From Turneriella sp. (GTDB lineage Bacteria; Spirochaetota; Leptospiria; Turneriellales; Turneriellaceae): a DNA stretch of 64,000 nt. Positions 8,538-17,856 of the stretch are shown here, piece by piece (position 1 is the stretch's first letter; every line of letters begins with the position of its first letter). The stretch is from positions 4,352,001 to 4,416,000 of the forward strand of contig CBDIID010000003.1 of NCBI GenBank assembly GCA_965279515.1, read 5' to 3'. Under the pieces are notes generated by a model that was given only the letters and a program-made list of their open reading frames with translations, ran no database searches and had not been told where the DNA came from. The translations under genes and the position numbers were made by a program.

Positions 8538-11500
8538 GTGTTTAATATACAAATGTTTACTAAATTAAGACTATTGCGGTTATCCAGCTTCTTGATGATT
8601 TCATTGAGTTGGGTCGCCTGTAAATCCAGTGATCTGGAATTTCAGCAGTTCAAACCCAAATCAGAGACAGCGCTCTCTGATATCTTTAATAACACACCCG
8701 CAATCCGTGCCGCGTTCACAACGATCGATCCCCACGAGTTCAATGTCCGTTTAGATAATTTAATCCATACCGACCCGGTGATGGGGGTGAAATCGATGCA
8801 CGCCCTCGGCGCCCTTTCGCATACCCGACCGGCCCTGCCTCAGCTGGCAGATTCCGTTTCTTCTGTCATTGATCGTTTTGCCCGCTATTACCAGGCCACA
8901 CCTGCACGGCAGACTGAATATAATGCCGCGATCGATCTTGTGAACACCCTGCTCGACGTTGATCCCAAGGCGATCACCGATGGCTCCAAGCTGGGCGCGC
9001 AGGCCATCCGTTATATAGGCGAAAGCCAGGCGCTTTTTCCCCTCAGCGTCACACACCCTGATGTCAATCGCCTGAACGAATACCATTTCCCGCAACTGAC
9101 AACCTGGCAGACCTGCGATGATCCGGGTTCAGTATTCCTCAGTGGACGTCCCGAATCCGACGTAACCGATTTAGAGGCACGCGATTCTTTATGGGCACTC
9201 TTTGATATCCTGCGTACTGGTTTTTGTATCTATGCTAACCGGTCGGGCCCGCGCATTGAGATTTTGGGCACGGGTGGTTCTGGTGCGACAGCCGAGGCTG
9301 TCATCAATGAGAGTGTTATCACAGGCATCAATGTGACAAATCCTGGCAGTGGTTATCCTGCCGGCACAACCGTCGTCAATATCGATTCAACGCCCGGCCC
9401 AGGTTCAGGGGCGACAGCGACGGCAAACGTTGTCGGTGGTCAGGTCGTCAGCATCACCCTCAATGCGGGTGGCTCTGCCTACGTGCCGAAGAGCGATAAT
9501 ACACCGGGTGCCTACATGCGTAATGCCACCGCCGTGCTTAAAAACAGCGGCGATATAGAGCTGCGCATCAGAAACATGATCTATGACCTCGAGAACAAGC
9601 TTTCCGACTACTCGACCAGCGAGCACCGCATTGCCGACTGGACGGTGAATAATTCCAATATTGTGTTCCAGTCGCAGATCGCCGTGACGGATTACCTCAT
9701 CGACTATGTCTATCCGATCACACGGAAAGATTTTGTCTTTAATCAGGGTAAAGAAGTTCTCGACCGCGAAGCGGAACACCTTTCGATGAAGAACCCGGGT
9801 GGCGCTTCTGGTACCAACGATGAATACCTCACTGAATGGCTGCTGAAATCTCTTTATGCAGATGCACCCAAGATCGATGACCTTGAGAATTTTTCCAATA
9901 TTGATACAACGAGCAAGCTTTATGTATTTGGTAAAGATATTGTGGAGAACGGCACTTACGGTATTAATAGTGTAACTTCACGCTACTCTAAAGCTCTGCT
10001 GAAGCAACACTTGTGGGGACCATCTTCATATACGAACGTAGCGACCCCGCCCACAACCTTCAACTTTTCCGGTTTGATTTACAGCGACGGTACTCTTCCA
10101 GGGGCCGGATATATCAGTCGCCTAGCGCTCGTAAAATCCACGCAAAACTATCTGAATCCTTTCCGTCAGTTTATGGCGCCGCGCGTCAATTCGCTCGTCA
10201 CTGTGCCGTCGACGTACAACAATGAGCTCTACCTCGAATCAGCGCTCAAGAATTTTTATTTCCATATTTTAGAGCGTTATTACGATCAAGGCACTAACCA
10301 GTGGGCGCTGACCACGGAAGACGCGGCGACATTGTTTCCGACCGATCCCGACCCGGCAGACAGAAATTTGCAGAGCTATATCGGTCAGATGCAGTACTCG
10401 ATGCGCAACATGGCAGTGCTGGATAAATTTGGTAAGCTGAACCCTTCTGCCCCCGGATACAATGCCGTCACTGATGCGGGGTATGACCAGCAACGTGTCC
10501 CGTATTTGACATCTTTCCTCTACACGATTGCAGCAGCAAACGGGTATGTTGATCATATCAATGCGCCCGGACAGTTAACCCTGCAAACCTGCTTGAAAGC
10601 CATGGGTAGTCCCTTGGCCACGAATGGCACGATCAGCATTTCTGCGCTCGCAGGCCTTATCAACATGACGGTTGCGGTCACAAATGCGCCGGATCCATTT
10701 CCCGGTTTTCACGCAGCCTCACGGCAAGATCAACCGGCTTCCACGTCGTTGAATATGTTTGCTTTCGAACTCATCAGCCCGGGTCGTTTTATTCCACGTA
10801 CTGATACAGAGACTTACCCGGGTGATCTGGTCAACGGTAAGTTGCGCGGCATCTTTTCGCAACACCAGGGTGATATTGAATCGACCAATTTGAAAACTTC
10901 AGAATGGATGGTTTCAGAGTTTTCTCTCAGCGCGTGGGAAGGTTACGGTCCCTATTCTGTGAAAGGTAAGGCTGCAAATGGTAGCGTCGTTAAGTATGAG
11001 AATGATTATTATACAGATGGTTACCGCGCTGCACTAGGGACTTCAGTTCCGCTGTTTGGAACCCCTGACTCGTACTCAGAAGTAGCGATGGGTGAGAACG
11101 GTGGTGATGGTGGCGGTACATTGGGAGCCGGACGGAATGGCTCTTATCACATGTACGAGATGATTTATCGTCCGATGTCGAGCAGCGATCCATGCTGGAC
11201 CCAGGCACAAGGCCCCACATACGGCTATGCGCGTTATGGTTGGTTACGCCAGACGAATAATCCTAACTATTCTAATCTAACCTCGGTGACCAACAGCTGT
11301 GATACCAGCACCATGGTTCGCCTTGACTTTGATACGCGAGACGAGGCAATCCGTGCCAACGTCGAATGGGTACTCAAATACAAAAAGTTTATCTTCGTTA
11401 TTCCTATTTCAAGTTCCTCATCGGCTACCCTGGGGCAGGGCGCTTCTTTTGCCGTATTTTCGACGATCAACGCAAACGGCCTTTGGGGCGTTACCACCGC

Positions 11501-14500
11501 ACACCGTGCTGGTGGCAGCCAAACTGATAACGGCCGTTGGAATAAATCGGCAGCTTCGATGGGCGCGGACGGCGACGGTTATGTGTCAAACTCTGGCAAT
11601 GGGTTTATTGGAGAATGCACCAACGGTGCAGGTGCGTGCCCGGGAACTCGCTCAAATGTTCCGATACATAAAACTACGCGTTTTGGCGTTACATCCTTTG
11701 TCGCCGGCGATTCTATGGTGCTCCTCGACATAACGATGCGCACCTTTGGTTTCGCAATTAACTGGATTGTCGACCTCTGGCAACAAATCTGGGATAGTTT
11801 AGGCAATGGCCCGGTAACACCGGCGATGATCAAAGATAACTTTGATTCCGTACTGACCTTGGCCGAGGCCGTCTATGTAAAGGCCAACCTCATGACTGGC
11901 GCCTTTACGGGCCTTGAACAAAACATGGCAAAATTCCGGTTGTTCTATGACACCTATTTTCCCACGGATGATACGACCTGCACAGCTGGTGTATTGACGA
12001 ACACAGCCAATGGCAGTGCTGATCTCTTTGAAAATTATCTCAATGGTTGTGGTGTAACCGCGCGCGATTTGCCACCCGTACCGAAGGTAAATCCGAACAC
12101 TTCGACCTGCAATGAATTTACCCAAGCCGGGTGTTTTCAATATCCAAAGGCCTATGATTCTGCGGGTGCAGTACTTGCCGGCGCAGCAGGTTGGTACTCT
12201 TACAAGGGGCCAAGCGATGGCAAACTCACGGGTATGTTGACACCGTTGATCATGCTGTTCGGAACAATGCACGAAGACGGTGCTGTGATGAAGGTGACTT
12301 CGTACCCAAATGCGACACCTTTGGCCGCGGGTGAAAACCGCGACAACGTTACGATCCGCAACTTCTGCAGCTCCGGCTATCCCGGCTGCGTAACTGCAAA
12401 TTTAGGCTATCGCGTCGAATTGACCACACTCTTTAATGCCCTTGCTTCTCTAAATGAAAGTGTGATGTATAATAACGGACAAACTTGCGATCCCTATGGG
12501 CACCAGCCGGGCGCAACCCCTTGCAATAACTTCCCTGTTTATAACACCAATGCGCTGACCAATATTGTCACCGAGTCGGCTGTTGGCCTCAGAAATGGTC
12601 TTGTACCAAAAATGACCAATAATAAATATGCAAATATTGCATATGTTGACCCCCTCGTCCGCGACATAGAAGGTCTGATTGCAGATAACGTGCGCAAGGC
12701 CGAGGATAACTTTACCATAACGACGGGCACGAATGCAGGTGCCAGTGTGCTTAAAAACAAAGACAGGTTAAGGTATCTTGCAACCAAAAATGCAGTTAAT
12801 CCGACCTTTACGGCTAAGACTATCGTCAATGGCTATGTCAGCGCAGATCGCCACGGTCTTGAGATCGGCGATAAAGTTTACCTGACAGGTGCGGTGCCGG
12901 CGGGGATTACCCCCAATGAGCCGAACTATTATTATGTTGTCGCTCCTGTCACGGCAGATACCTTCAGGCTGAGCACCACATTTGGTGGGGGTGCCATGGC
13001 TCTGGGGCTCGCTGCATCATACAGTGTCAATCAGGCGCTCTTCAAAACAAACCGTTTTAATGCGAGCGTGAACGGTACGGCGCTCAATGGAATTCCAATC
13101 AATATGATGAAGGAATTTATCGGCTACCTGCGCACCCTGACTTCTGACGCGGAAATTGTCGCGGCGATCAAAGCGGCGATTCCGATGTTGAACAATTACC
13201 TGACTTATGTGCAGGGGAGCACATCGCAAATTACTTTGACGAATCAGGATATTGATCACATTGTTGATTTCATCAAAGATACGAACTCGAGCGGAAGCAA
13301 CTCCGTCGACAGCTTTCTGGATATGCTGGTTTCAACTAAGATGGATGACCTCAATACGCTCCGAAGCTTTAACTTTGATCAGTTCAAGACTTTGGGGTCG
13401 TACCAGGCGATCTTTGACGACATGAATGACAAGATCAATAAGTATTTCGAAATCAATATCAAGAAAGATATTCTTTATAGTTCATTGATGCTCGGTGAGC
13501 CCACTTGCCCTGGTGGTGCTGCGAATGGTTTCTATGACCATAACAAAGATGGCGTATGGAATCCCGGGACTTTCACTTTCATCTCTGCAGCCTATGTCGG
13601 CGCATCGACCTTTACAGATACGGCTAACGTGAATGGCACTTGTACCATAAACACGCAGGTGCCCAATATTTACGATAAAGATTATTACATGCTCGATATG
13701 GGTGGCGTGGGGCGCAATATCGAAAAGGCGGTGAATACGCTGACAGTTGCAGATGTCGACGGGAAGCTGGATTGGCTCTACGGCCGAACACTCACGGGCT
13801 CGCCGACAGATGTGATTCAGGTTACCGATGCCGCGAATCAGCCTAACCCTGCTACAGGCAAGACAGAATGTTACATTAAGTCTACTGGTTCAGGTGGTGG
13901 CATTAACTTTGACCGGGAGCTCAAAGCCTATAAAAATTTACTGCTCTGCGACGTGTATAATAAGAAGATTGCCGAACCGCACTATGATCGCAACGGCAAT
14001 AATATCATTGAAGCCGGTGAGTATACAGATATCAATGGCAACGGTCAATATGACGATGAGAACGTGACTGTTGCCGCGGATATCATGAATTTGCGTAAAA
14101 CGCTTCATTATTATCTCGAAGACGTTTTTATGCCTAAGTACGCTGAATATATTCAGCCGGATCCTTTGAGCCCGAGTAAGAATTATGTCCACTTCGGCGC
14201 CAAGGCACTTGAGGACCTGCTTGCTCCAACGATTTGCGATTCACAAGGGTTGAATTGCGCAACGAATTCAAATTACCTGACAGCCAAGTTGCTGGATGCA
14301 CGTACAACCTTCTATGCGAGCACGAACTTTACTTCTGCTGAGTTAAAATCGGTGAAGAATGTTGTGGGTAATTTCCTCTATGATACCGATACCGGTACCT
14401 ACACCGACCTGTTCGTTCGCATAGGGCCGTCGCTCGTGACGTTTCTGCGGGAGTTCCAGGGCGATTATAATGATTTGCTGACCATGGGGCTCGAAGGTTT

Positions 14501-14813
14501 CAAACCCAATGGGTTTATGACTTACTTCTCGACAAACCTGAAGAACAAGGCCCCGTATACATCGCTCGACATACTCACGGATGTCAGAACGCTCTTTAAC
14601 ACGCAGACGATGCGCTGTTATCCGGGAATCACAGGGGAATATCCTGGTGGGCCGCTGTATTGCAAGAAATACAAGGCACAGGATACTTTCTGGGGACAAT
14701 TTGGTCTGTTGATGGATCAGTTCTCGACGGCGGCGTATAATAAATATAAAGCACAATGGCAGTCGCAGATGGCGTCACCTTACTACTCGCGCCTCGTTTC
14801 GATTTTCGAATGA
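8538..14813 (+). CDS. Giant (~2,090 aa) mosaic lipoprotein of unknown function
   Basis: Single uninterrupted ORF. Signal peptide with lipobox (FLMISLSWVA-C). Start is GTG 8538 (after AAAGGGG) or ATG 8553. Contains Gly-rich beta repeats, many Cys pairs and DxNxNG Ca-binding motifs. Confidence 0.85.
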   Translation: MFNIQMFTKLRLLRLSSFLMISLSWVACKSSDLEFQQFKPKSETALSDIFNNTPAIRAAFTTIDPHEFNVRLDNLIHTDPVMGVKSMHALGALSHTRPALPQLADSVSSVIDRFARYYQATPARQTEYNAAIDLVNTLLDVDPKAITDGSKLGAQAIRYIGESQALFPLSVTHPDVNRLNEYHFPQLTTWQTCDDPGSVFLSGRPESDVTDLEARDSLWALFDILRTGFCIYANRSGPRIEILGTGGSGATAEAVINESVITGINVTNPGSGYPAGTTVVNIDSTPGPGSGATATANVVGGQVVSITLNAGGSAYVPKSDNTPGAYMRNATAVLKNSGDIELRIRNMIYDLENKLSDYSTSEHRIADWTVNNSNIVFQSQIAVTDYLIDYVYPITRKDFVFNQGKEVLDREAEHLSMKNPGGASGTNDEYLTEWLLKSLYADAPKIDDLENFSNIDTTSKLYVFGKDIVENGTYGINSVTSRYSKALLKQHLWGPSSYTNVATPPTTFNFSGLIYSDGTLPGAGYISRLALVKSTQNYLNPFRQFMAPRVNSLVTVPSTYNNELYLESALKNFYFHILERYYDQGTNQWALTTEDAATLFPTDPDPADRNLQSYIGQMQYSMRNMAVLDKFGKLNPSAPGYNAVTDAGYDQQRVPYLTSFLYTIAAANGYVDHINAPGQLTLQTCLKAMGSPLATNGTISISALAGLINMTVAVTNAPDPFPGFHAASRQDQPASTSLNMFAFELISPGRFIPRTDTETYPGDLVNGKLRGIFSQHQGDIESTNLKTSEWMVSEFSLSAWEGYGPYSVKGKAANGSVVKYENDYYTDGYRAALGTSVPLFGTPDSYSEVAMGENGGDGGGTLGAGRNGSYHMYEMIYRPMSSSDPCWTQAQGPTYGYARYGWLRQTNNPNYSNLTSVTNSCDTSTMVRLDFDTRDEAIRANVEWVLKYKKFIFVIPISSSSSATLGQGASFAVFSTINANGLWGVTTAHRAGGSQTDNGRWNKSAASMGADGDGYVSNSGNGFIGECTNGAGACPGTRSNVPIHKTTRFGVTSFVAGDSMVLLDITMRTFGFAINWIVDLWQQIWDSLGNGPVTPAMIKDNFDSVLTLAEAVYVKANLMTGAFTGLEQNMAKFRLFYDTYFPTDDTTCTAGVLTNTANGSADLFENYLNGCGVTARDLPPVPKVNPNTSTCNEFTQAGCFQYPKAYDSAGAVLAGAAGWYSYKGPSDGKLTGMLTPLIMLFGTMHEDGAVMKVTSYPNATPLAAGENRDNVTIRNFCSSGYPGCVTANLGYRVELTTLFNALASLNESVMYNNGQTCDPYGHQPGATPCNNFPVYNTNALTNIVTESAVGLRNGLVPKMTNNKYANIAYVDPLVRDIEGLIADNVRKAEDNFTITTGTNAGASVLKNKDRLRYLATKNAVNPTFTAKTIVNGYVSADRHGLEIGDKVYLTGAVPAGITPNEPNYYYVVAPVTADTFRLSTTFGGGAMALGLAASYSVNQALFKTNRFNASVNGTALNGIPINMMKEFIGYLRTLTSDAEIVAAIKAAIPMLNNYLTYVQGSTSQITLTNQDIDHIVDFIKDTNSSGSNSVDSFLDMLVSTKMDDLNTLRSFNFDQFKTLGSYQAIFDDMNDKINKYFEINIKKDILYSSLMLGEPTCPGGAANGFYDHNKDGVWNPGTFTFISAAYVGASTFTDTANVNGTCTINTQVPNIYDKDYYMLDMGGVGRNIEKAVNTLTVADVDGKLDWLYGRTLTGSPTDVIQVTDAANQPNPATGKTECYIKSTGSGGGINFDRELKAYKNLLLCDVYNKKIAEPHYDRNGNNIIEAGEYTDINGNGQYDDENVTVAADIMNLRKTLHYYLEDVFMPKYAEYIQPDPLSPSKNYVHFGAKALEDLLAPTICDSQGLNCATNSNYLTAKLLDARTTFYASTNFTSAELKSVKNVVGNFLYDTDTGTYTDLFVRIGPSLVTFLREFQGDYNDLLTMGLEGFKPNGFMTYFSTNLKNKAPYTSLDILTDVRTLFNTQTMRCYPGITGEYPGGPLYCKKYKAQDTFWGQFGLLMDQFSTAAYNKYKAQWQSQMASPYYSRLVSIFE

Positions 14814-14841
14814 TGGCGACGCATTGCATTGAGGAGTTCTC

Positions 14842-16368
14842 TTGAATCGAATTGCCCGGCTGAGCGCCATTGCCCTGGTCTTTACGTTTTCGCCGATCTT
14901 TGCCGAGATGGCCGAAAGCTTCGGCCTGGGGCCGCGCATGATTGGCTTCTCCGGCGCCGGTGTCGCCAGCGTCAGCGACTGGACATCGACTTTTTATAAC
15001 GTTGCAGGCCTGACTTCACCCACGAGTGAACGGGCAATTTTTGGAAACCAGGAAAAATCCGAAGAGGCGTCGGGAAAGATCAAACTCCTTAAAGATGATG
15101 GATCATTGCAGAGCGACGAAAAGGGCAACAAAGACGCTATCGATAAGAAACTCGAAGCCGAGGTGCTGGCCAAAGAAGACAAGCCCACACATCAGGTGGG
15201 GATGAATTATATGCTGCAGGCGTCGCTGATGACATTGGCGCCTAAGACGAGCAATGATACCGTCAAAGCTAACACAGATCTTGCCAAGAAAAGTCTAACT
15301 TACGGCGCCATACAGATGGGCCTGGTGTTTGATACGCGCACTCTGATGAATACCCCGAAGAATATTCCCGTACGTTTAGGGGTTGCATTGTCGGTGCGGG
15401 ATAACGGTACGATTGCGACGGTCAACGATACTACAATTGAATCTTACAACTTCATGCGCCTCGGCCGCGAAGCACAGCGCATTCTTATTATTTCCGGCTT
15501 GTCTGCCCAGGTTTGGCGCAATCGTCTGAGCATCGGCGTGGGTTACAACATGTTTACGGGAGGTAAGGGGCGATTCCAGATGGACAACGTGGAAATCGAT
15601 CCGACCGGTGCCACGCAGGTACCCAATGCAGAGGTGCAGATGGATCTGACTCCGTCAGGTGCGCCTGTAGCCGGTTTTCAATACCGTCAGAATTTTAAGA
15701 ACCGCATTCTCATGGTGGGATTCAACTGGCGCGGTGAAACTTATATGGAGATGAATCCTCTGGATGCCAACGCGACAACTCAGCTGTTAAGGGTGAGTTT
15801 GCCCTTGCGTTTGGCAATTCTCGATTTCTATTCGCCGCATACCTTTACCTTGGGCGTCACTTACTTCCACGATGAGGCATTGAAGCTCTCGCTCGACGGG
15901 GAATTTCAGTGGTGGAATCGTTTTCAGGTCAACAGTGCGCGCCAGGAATATTTGAATAAGGTTAATGAGTCCTTTGATAAATTTAAGAATATTATCCTGG
16001 TGAAATTTGGGGTGGAGAGCAGGCCCGGACGTTACATTCCGAAGCTGCGCGAGGTGCCGCTTTTTGTGCGCGCCGGGTTTACTTATATTCCGGCATTTAC
16101 CCCCGACCAGAATAGTTTTTCCAACTTTCTGGATAATAACAAAATCGGTTATTCGCTCGGTGCCTCGTTCTTCCTGAATTCCAATTCCATCGTCAAGGTT
16201 CCGGTTGAGCTGATCTTCGGCTTCCAGCACCAGATTTGGATGGAGCGCAGCAGTGTGAAATCAGGCGCCGTTACAGGGTCGACATCATATTTAGCAGGCA
16301 ACCAGCCGGATTATGCCTATAGCGGTCACGTTATTATTGTCTCCATCGGCGCCCTGATGAAATTCTGA
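14842..16368 (+). CDS. OmpP1/FadL-family outer-membrane beta-barrel
   Basis: Signal peptide, hatch-like segment FGLGPRMIGFSGAGVASVSDWTSTFYNVAGLT, alternating amphipathic strands and a C-terminal Phe (LMKF). Confidence 0.8.
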   Translation: MNRIARLSAIALVFTFSPIFAEMAESFGLGPRMIGFSGAGVASVSDWTSTFYNVAGLTSPTSERAIFGNQEKSEEASGKIKLLKDDGSLQSDEKGNKDAIDKKLEAEVLAKEDKPTHQVGMNYMLQASLMTLAPKTSNDTVKANTDLAKKSLTYGAIQMGLVFDTRTLMNTPKNIPVRLGVALSVRDNGTIATVNDTTIESYNFMRLGREAQRILIISGLSAQVWRNRLSIGVGYNMFTGGKGRFQMDNVEIDPTGATQVPNAEVQMDLTPSGAPVAGFQYRQNFKNRILMVGFNWRGETYMEMNPLDANATTQLLRVSLPLRLAILDFYSPHTFTLGVTYFHDEALKLSLDGEFQWWNRFQVNSARQEYLNKVNESFDKFKNIILVKFGVESRPGRYIPKLREVPLFVRAGFTYIPAFTPDQNSFSNFLDNNKIGYSLGASFFLNSNSIVKVPVELIFGFQHQIWMERSSVKSGAVTGSTSYLAGNQPDYAYSGHVIIVSIGALMKF

Positions 16369-16380
16369 TCCCGGTGGCTT

Positions 16381-16397
16381 GCGCGCGAAACGCGCGT
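16381..16397. terminator. Hairpin between convergent genes
   Basis: GCGCGCG-AAA-CGCGCGT between the FadL-like and FG-GAP genes. There is no clear U-tract. Confidence 0.4.
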
Positions 16398-16407
16398 GAT
16401 GCTACTG

Positions 16408-17856
16408 CTATTTTTTGATTTCGATGGGCGCCAGAAAGACAGACGTTTTCTTATCCGCTTTAGATTTCTGCGTCATGAAAATGAATAACGCATGGCTGTT
16501 ATCGGCGTTCGTGACGGCTTTGAAAATGCCGTAGGCCGGTGCAGTGATGCGGGCAATTTCCTGTTTGGAGAAATCTTTATTTCCGCCATAAACAGTGATG
16601 CCGTTGATCTCGGTGCCGAGAATAAAATCGGTCTGCCCGTCGTTGTTGAAGTCGCCGTAGGTGAAGCCGGGCACCGCCGATTCCTTAGAGTCAAAGGTCA
16701 GCGTTGTCTTTTCCAGCGGGTTATCCTTGGTTTCGATGGGATCGATCAGCTGCAATGTCAGCGACACCTTGGAGCGAATAATATAATTCATGAAAAAGCC
16801 GAGCCCGGTATCGACGGTCGGCAGTAGCAGAAGTTTACGGTTTCTCATCGAAGCCACGAGGGGGGAAAACACGCCGCCTTTGATCGAATGTTCGATGGTT
16901 TTCCCGGGTTCAGGGATGAAATTTACACCTTTGAAAATTTTCATATCGACCCGGATATTGAGGCCTAAGCCCTTCACGGCGGAGTAAACCAGATCCAGAT
17001 TGCCGTCACCGTCAAAGTCGACGAATTCTGAGTAAGCCACATAGATGTCTTCTTGCGGCATCGGGTAGATTTTCAGAATCGTTTCTGAGAAAGGTTTAAT
17101 CGGCTTGCCTGAACTCAGAAAATAGTAGATGCGTTCGTCGACACGGGCGGCTGCGTCTAGAATTCCGTCGTTATTAAAATCGAGAAACGCAGGCTGGGGT
17201 ATGATGACACTCGAACGGATGCTGTTCGAGGGTAGGTCGGAATTCTGCCAAAGGCGGTTGGTAAAACTGCCGCGCGGCTGGTAAGGTAAAATTTTTTCAC
17301 GCGTAAATTTCTTTCCGCCATCGTTGTGGTAGACGAGGAATTTGCCCTCTGCCGGCAGGAAAAAATCCGTGAAGCCGTCGCGGTCATAGTCGAGGGTTAA
17401 GCGGCTCTGTTCGAGGTTATCGACATAGAGCGGCAGTGCCAGTCTATCGTGGATGATACGTTCTGCTTCGCCGAACTTTCCCGAGTGCAGTGTTCTTTTA
17501 TAGATGCCGTTCTGCGTCATTTCAATGAGATCGTCGTTCAGATCGCCGTCGAGGTCGGCGAAGTCGATCGCCGAGGTTTCGTTGAGCAGAGATATCGTTT
17601 GTATGATTTTCAGCTGATCGTCGAGAATGACCAGGCGTTTTTCGCGGCCGACATAGAAAAAATTCCGGGGTGCCGCGCCGCCGGCTTTCGCCTTGAAGCT
17701 GCCACCCATTTCAGGCACAAAACCCACATCCTGTGTCAGAACCGGGGATTCTGAGAAGACTGCCGTGGTAATAAATAAAAAAGCCCAGAGGCGTTTCCTA
17801 AGAAACGCCGGCCGGGCTTTTTTACAGTTTCGGGGGAGATCCCCCTCTGCTGTCAT
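16408..17856 (-). CDS. FG-GAP/VCBS repeat beta-propeller protein, exported
   Basis: Repeats DLDGDLNDD, DYDRDGFTD, DFNNDGILD, DFDGDGNLD and DFNNDGQTD. Hydrophobic signal region. It abuts the fabG stop codon; the true start may be a little further downstream. Confidence 0.8.
   Translation of the reverse strand: MTAEGDLPRNCKKARPAFLRKRLWAFLFITTAVFSESPVLTQDVGFVPEMGGSFKAKAGGAAPRNFFYVGREKRLVILDDQLKIIQTISLLNETSAIDFADLDGDLNDDLIEMTQNGIYKRTLHSGKFGEAERIIHDRLALPLYVDNLEQSRLTLDYDRDGFTDFFLPAEGKFLVYHNDGGKKFTREKILPYQPRGSFTNRLWQNSDLPSNSIRSSVIIPQPAFLDFNNDGILDAAARVDERIYYFLSSGKPIKPFSETILKIYPMPQEDIYVAYSEFVDFDGDGNLDLVYSAVKGLGLNIRVDMKIFKGVNFIPEPGKTIEHSIKGGVFSPLVASMRNRKLLLLPTVDTGLGFFMNYIIRSKVSLTLQLIDPIETKDNPLEKTTLTFDSKESAVPGFTYGDFNNDGQTDFILGTEINGITVYGGNKDFSKQEIARITAPAYGIFKAVTNADNSHALFIFMTQKSKADKKTSVFLAPIEIKK

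Noticed and set aside
8538..14813. Prophage or contractile-injection locus suggested by the phage-like modules
   Set aside because: No sheath, tube, terminase, portal or integrase genes are nearby. The modules are short inserts in a lipoprotein.
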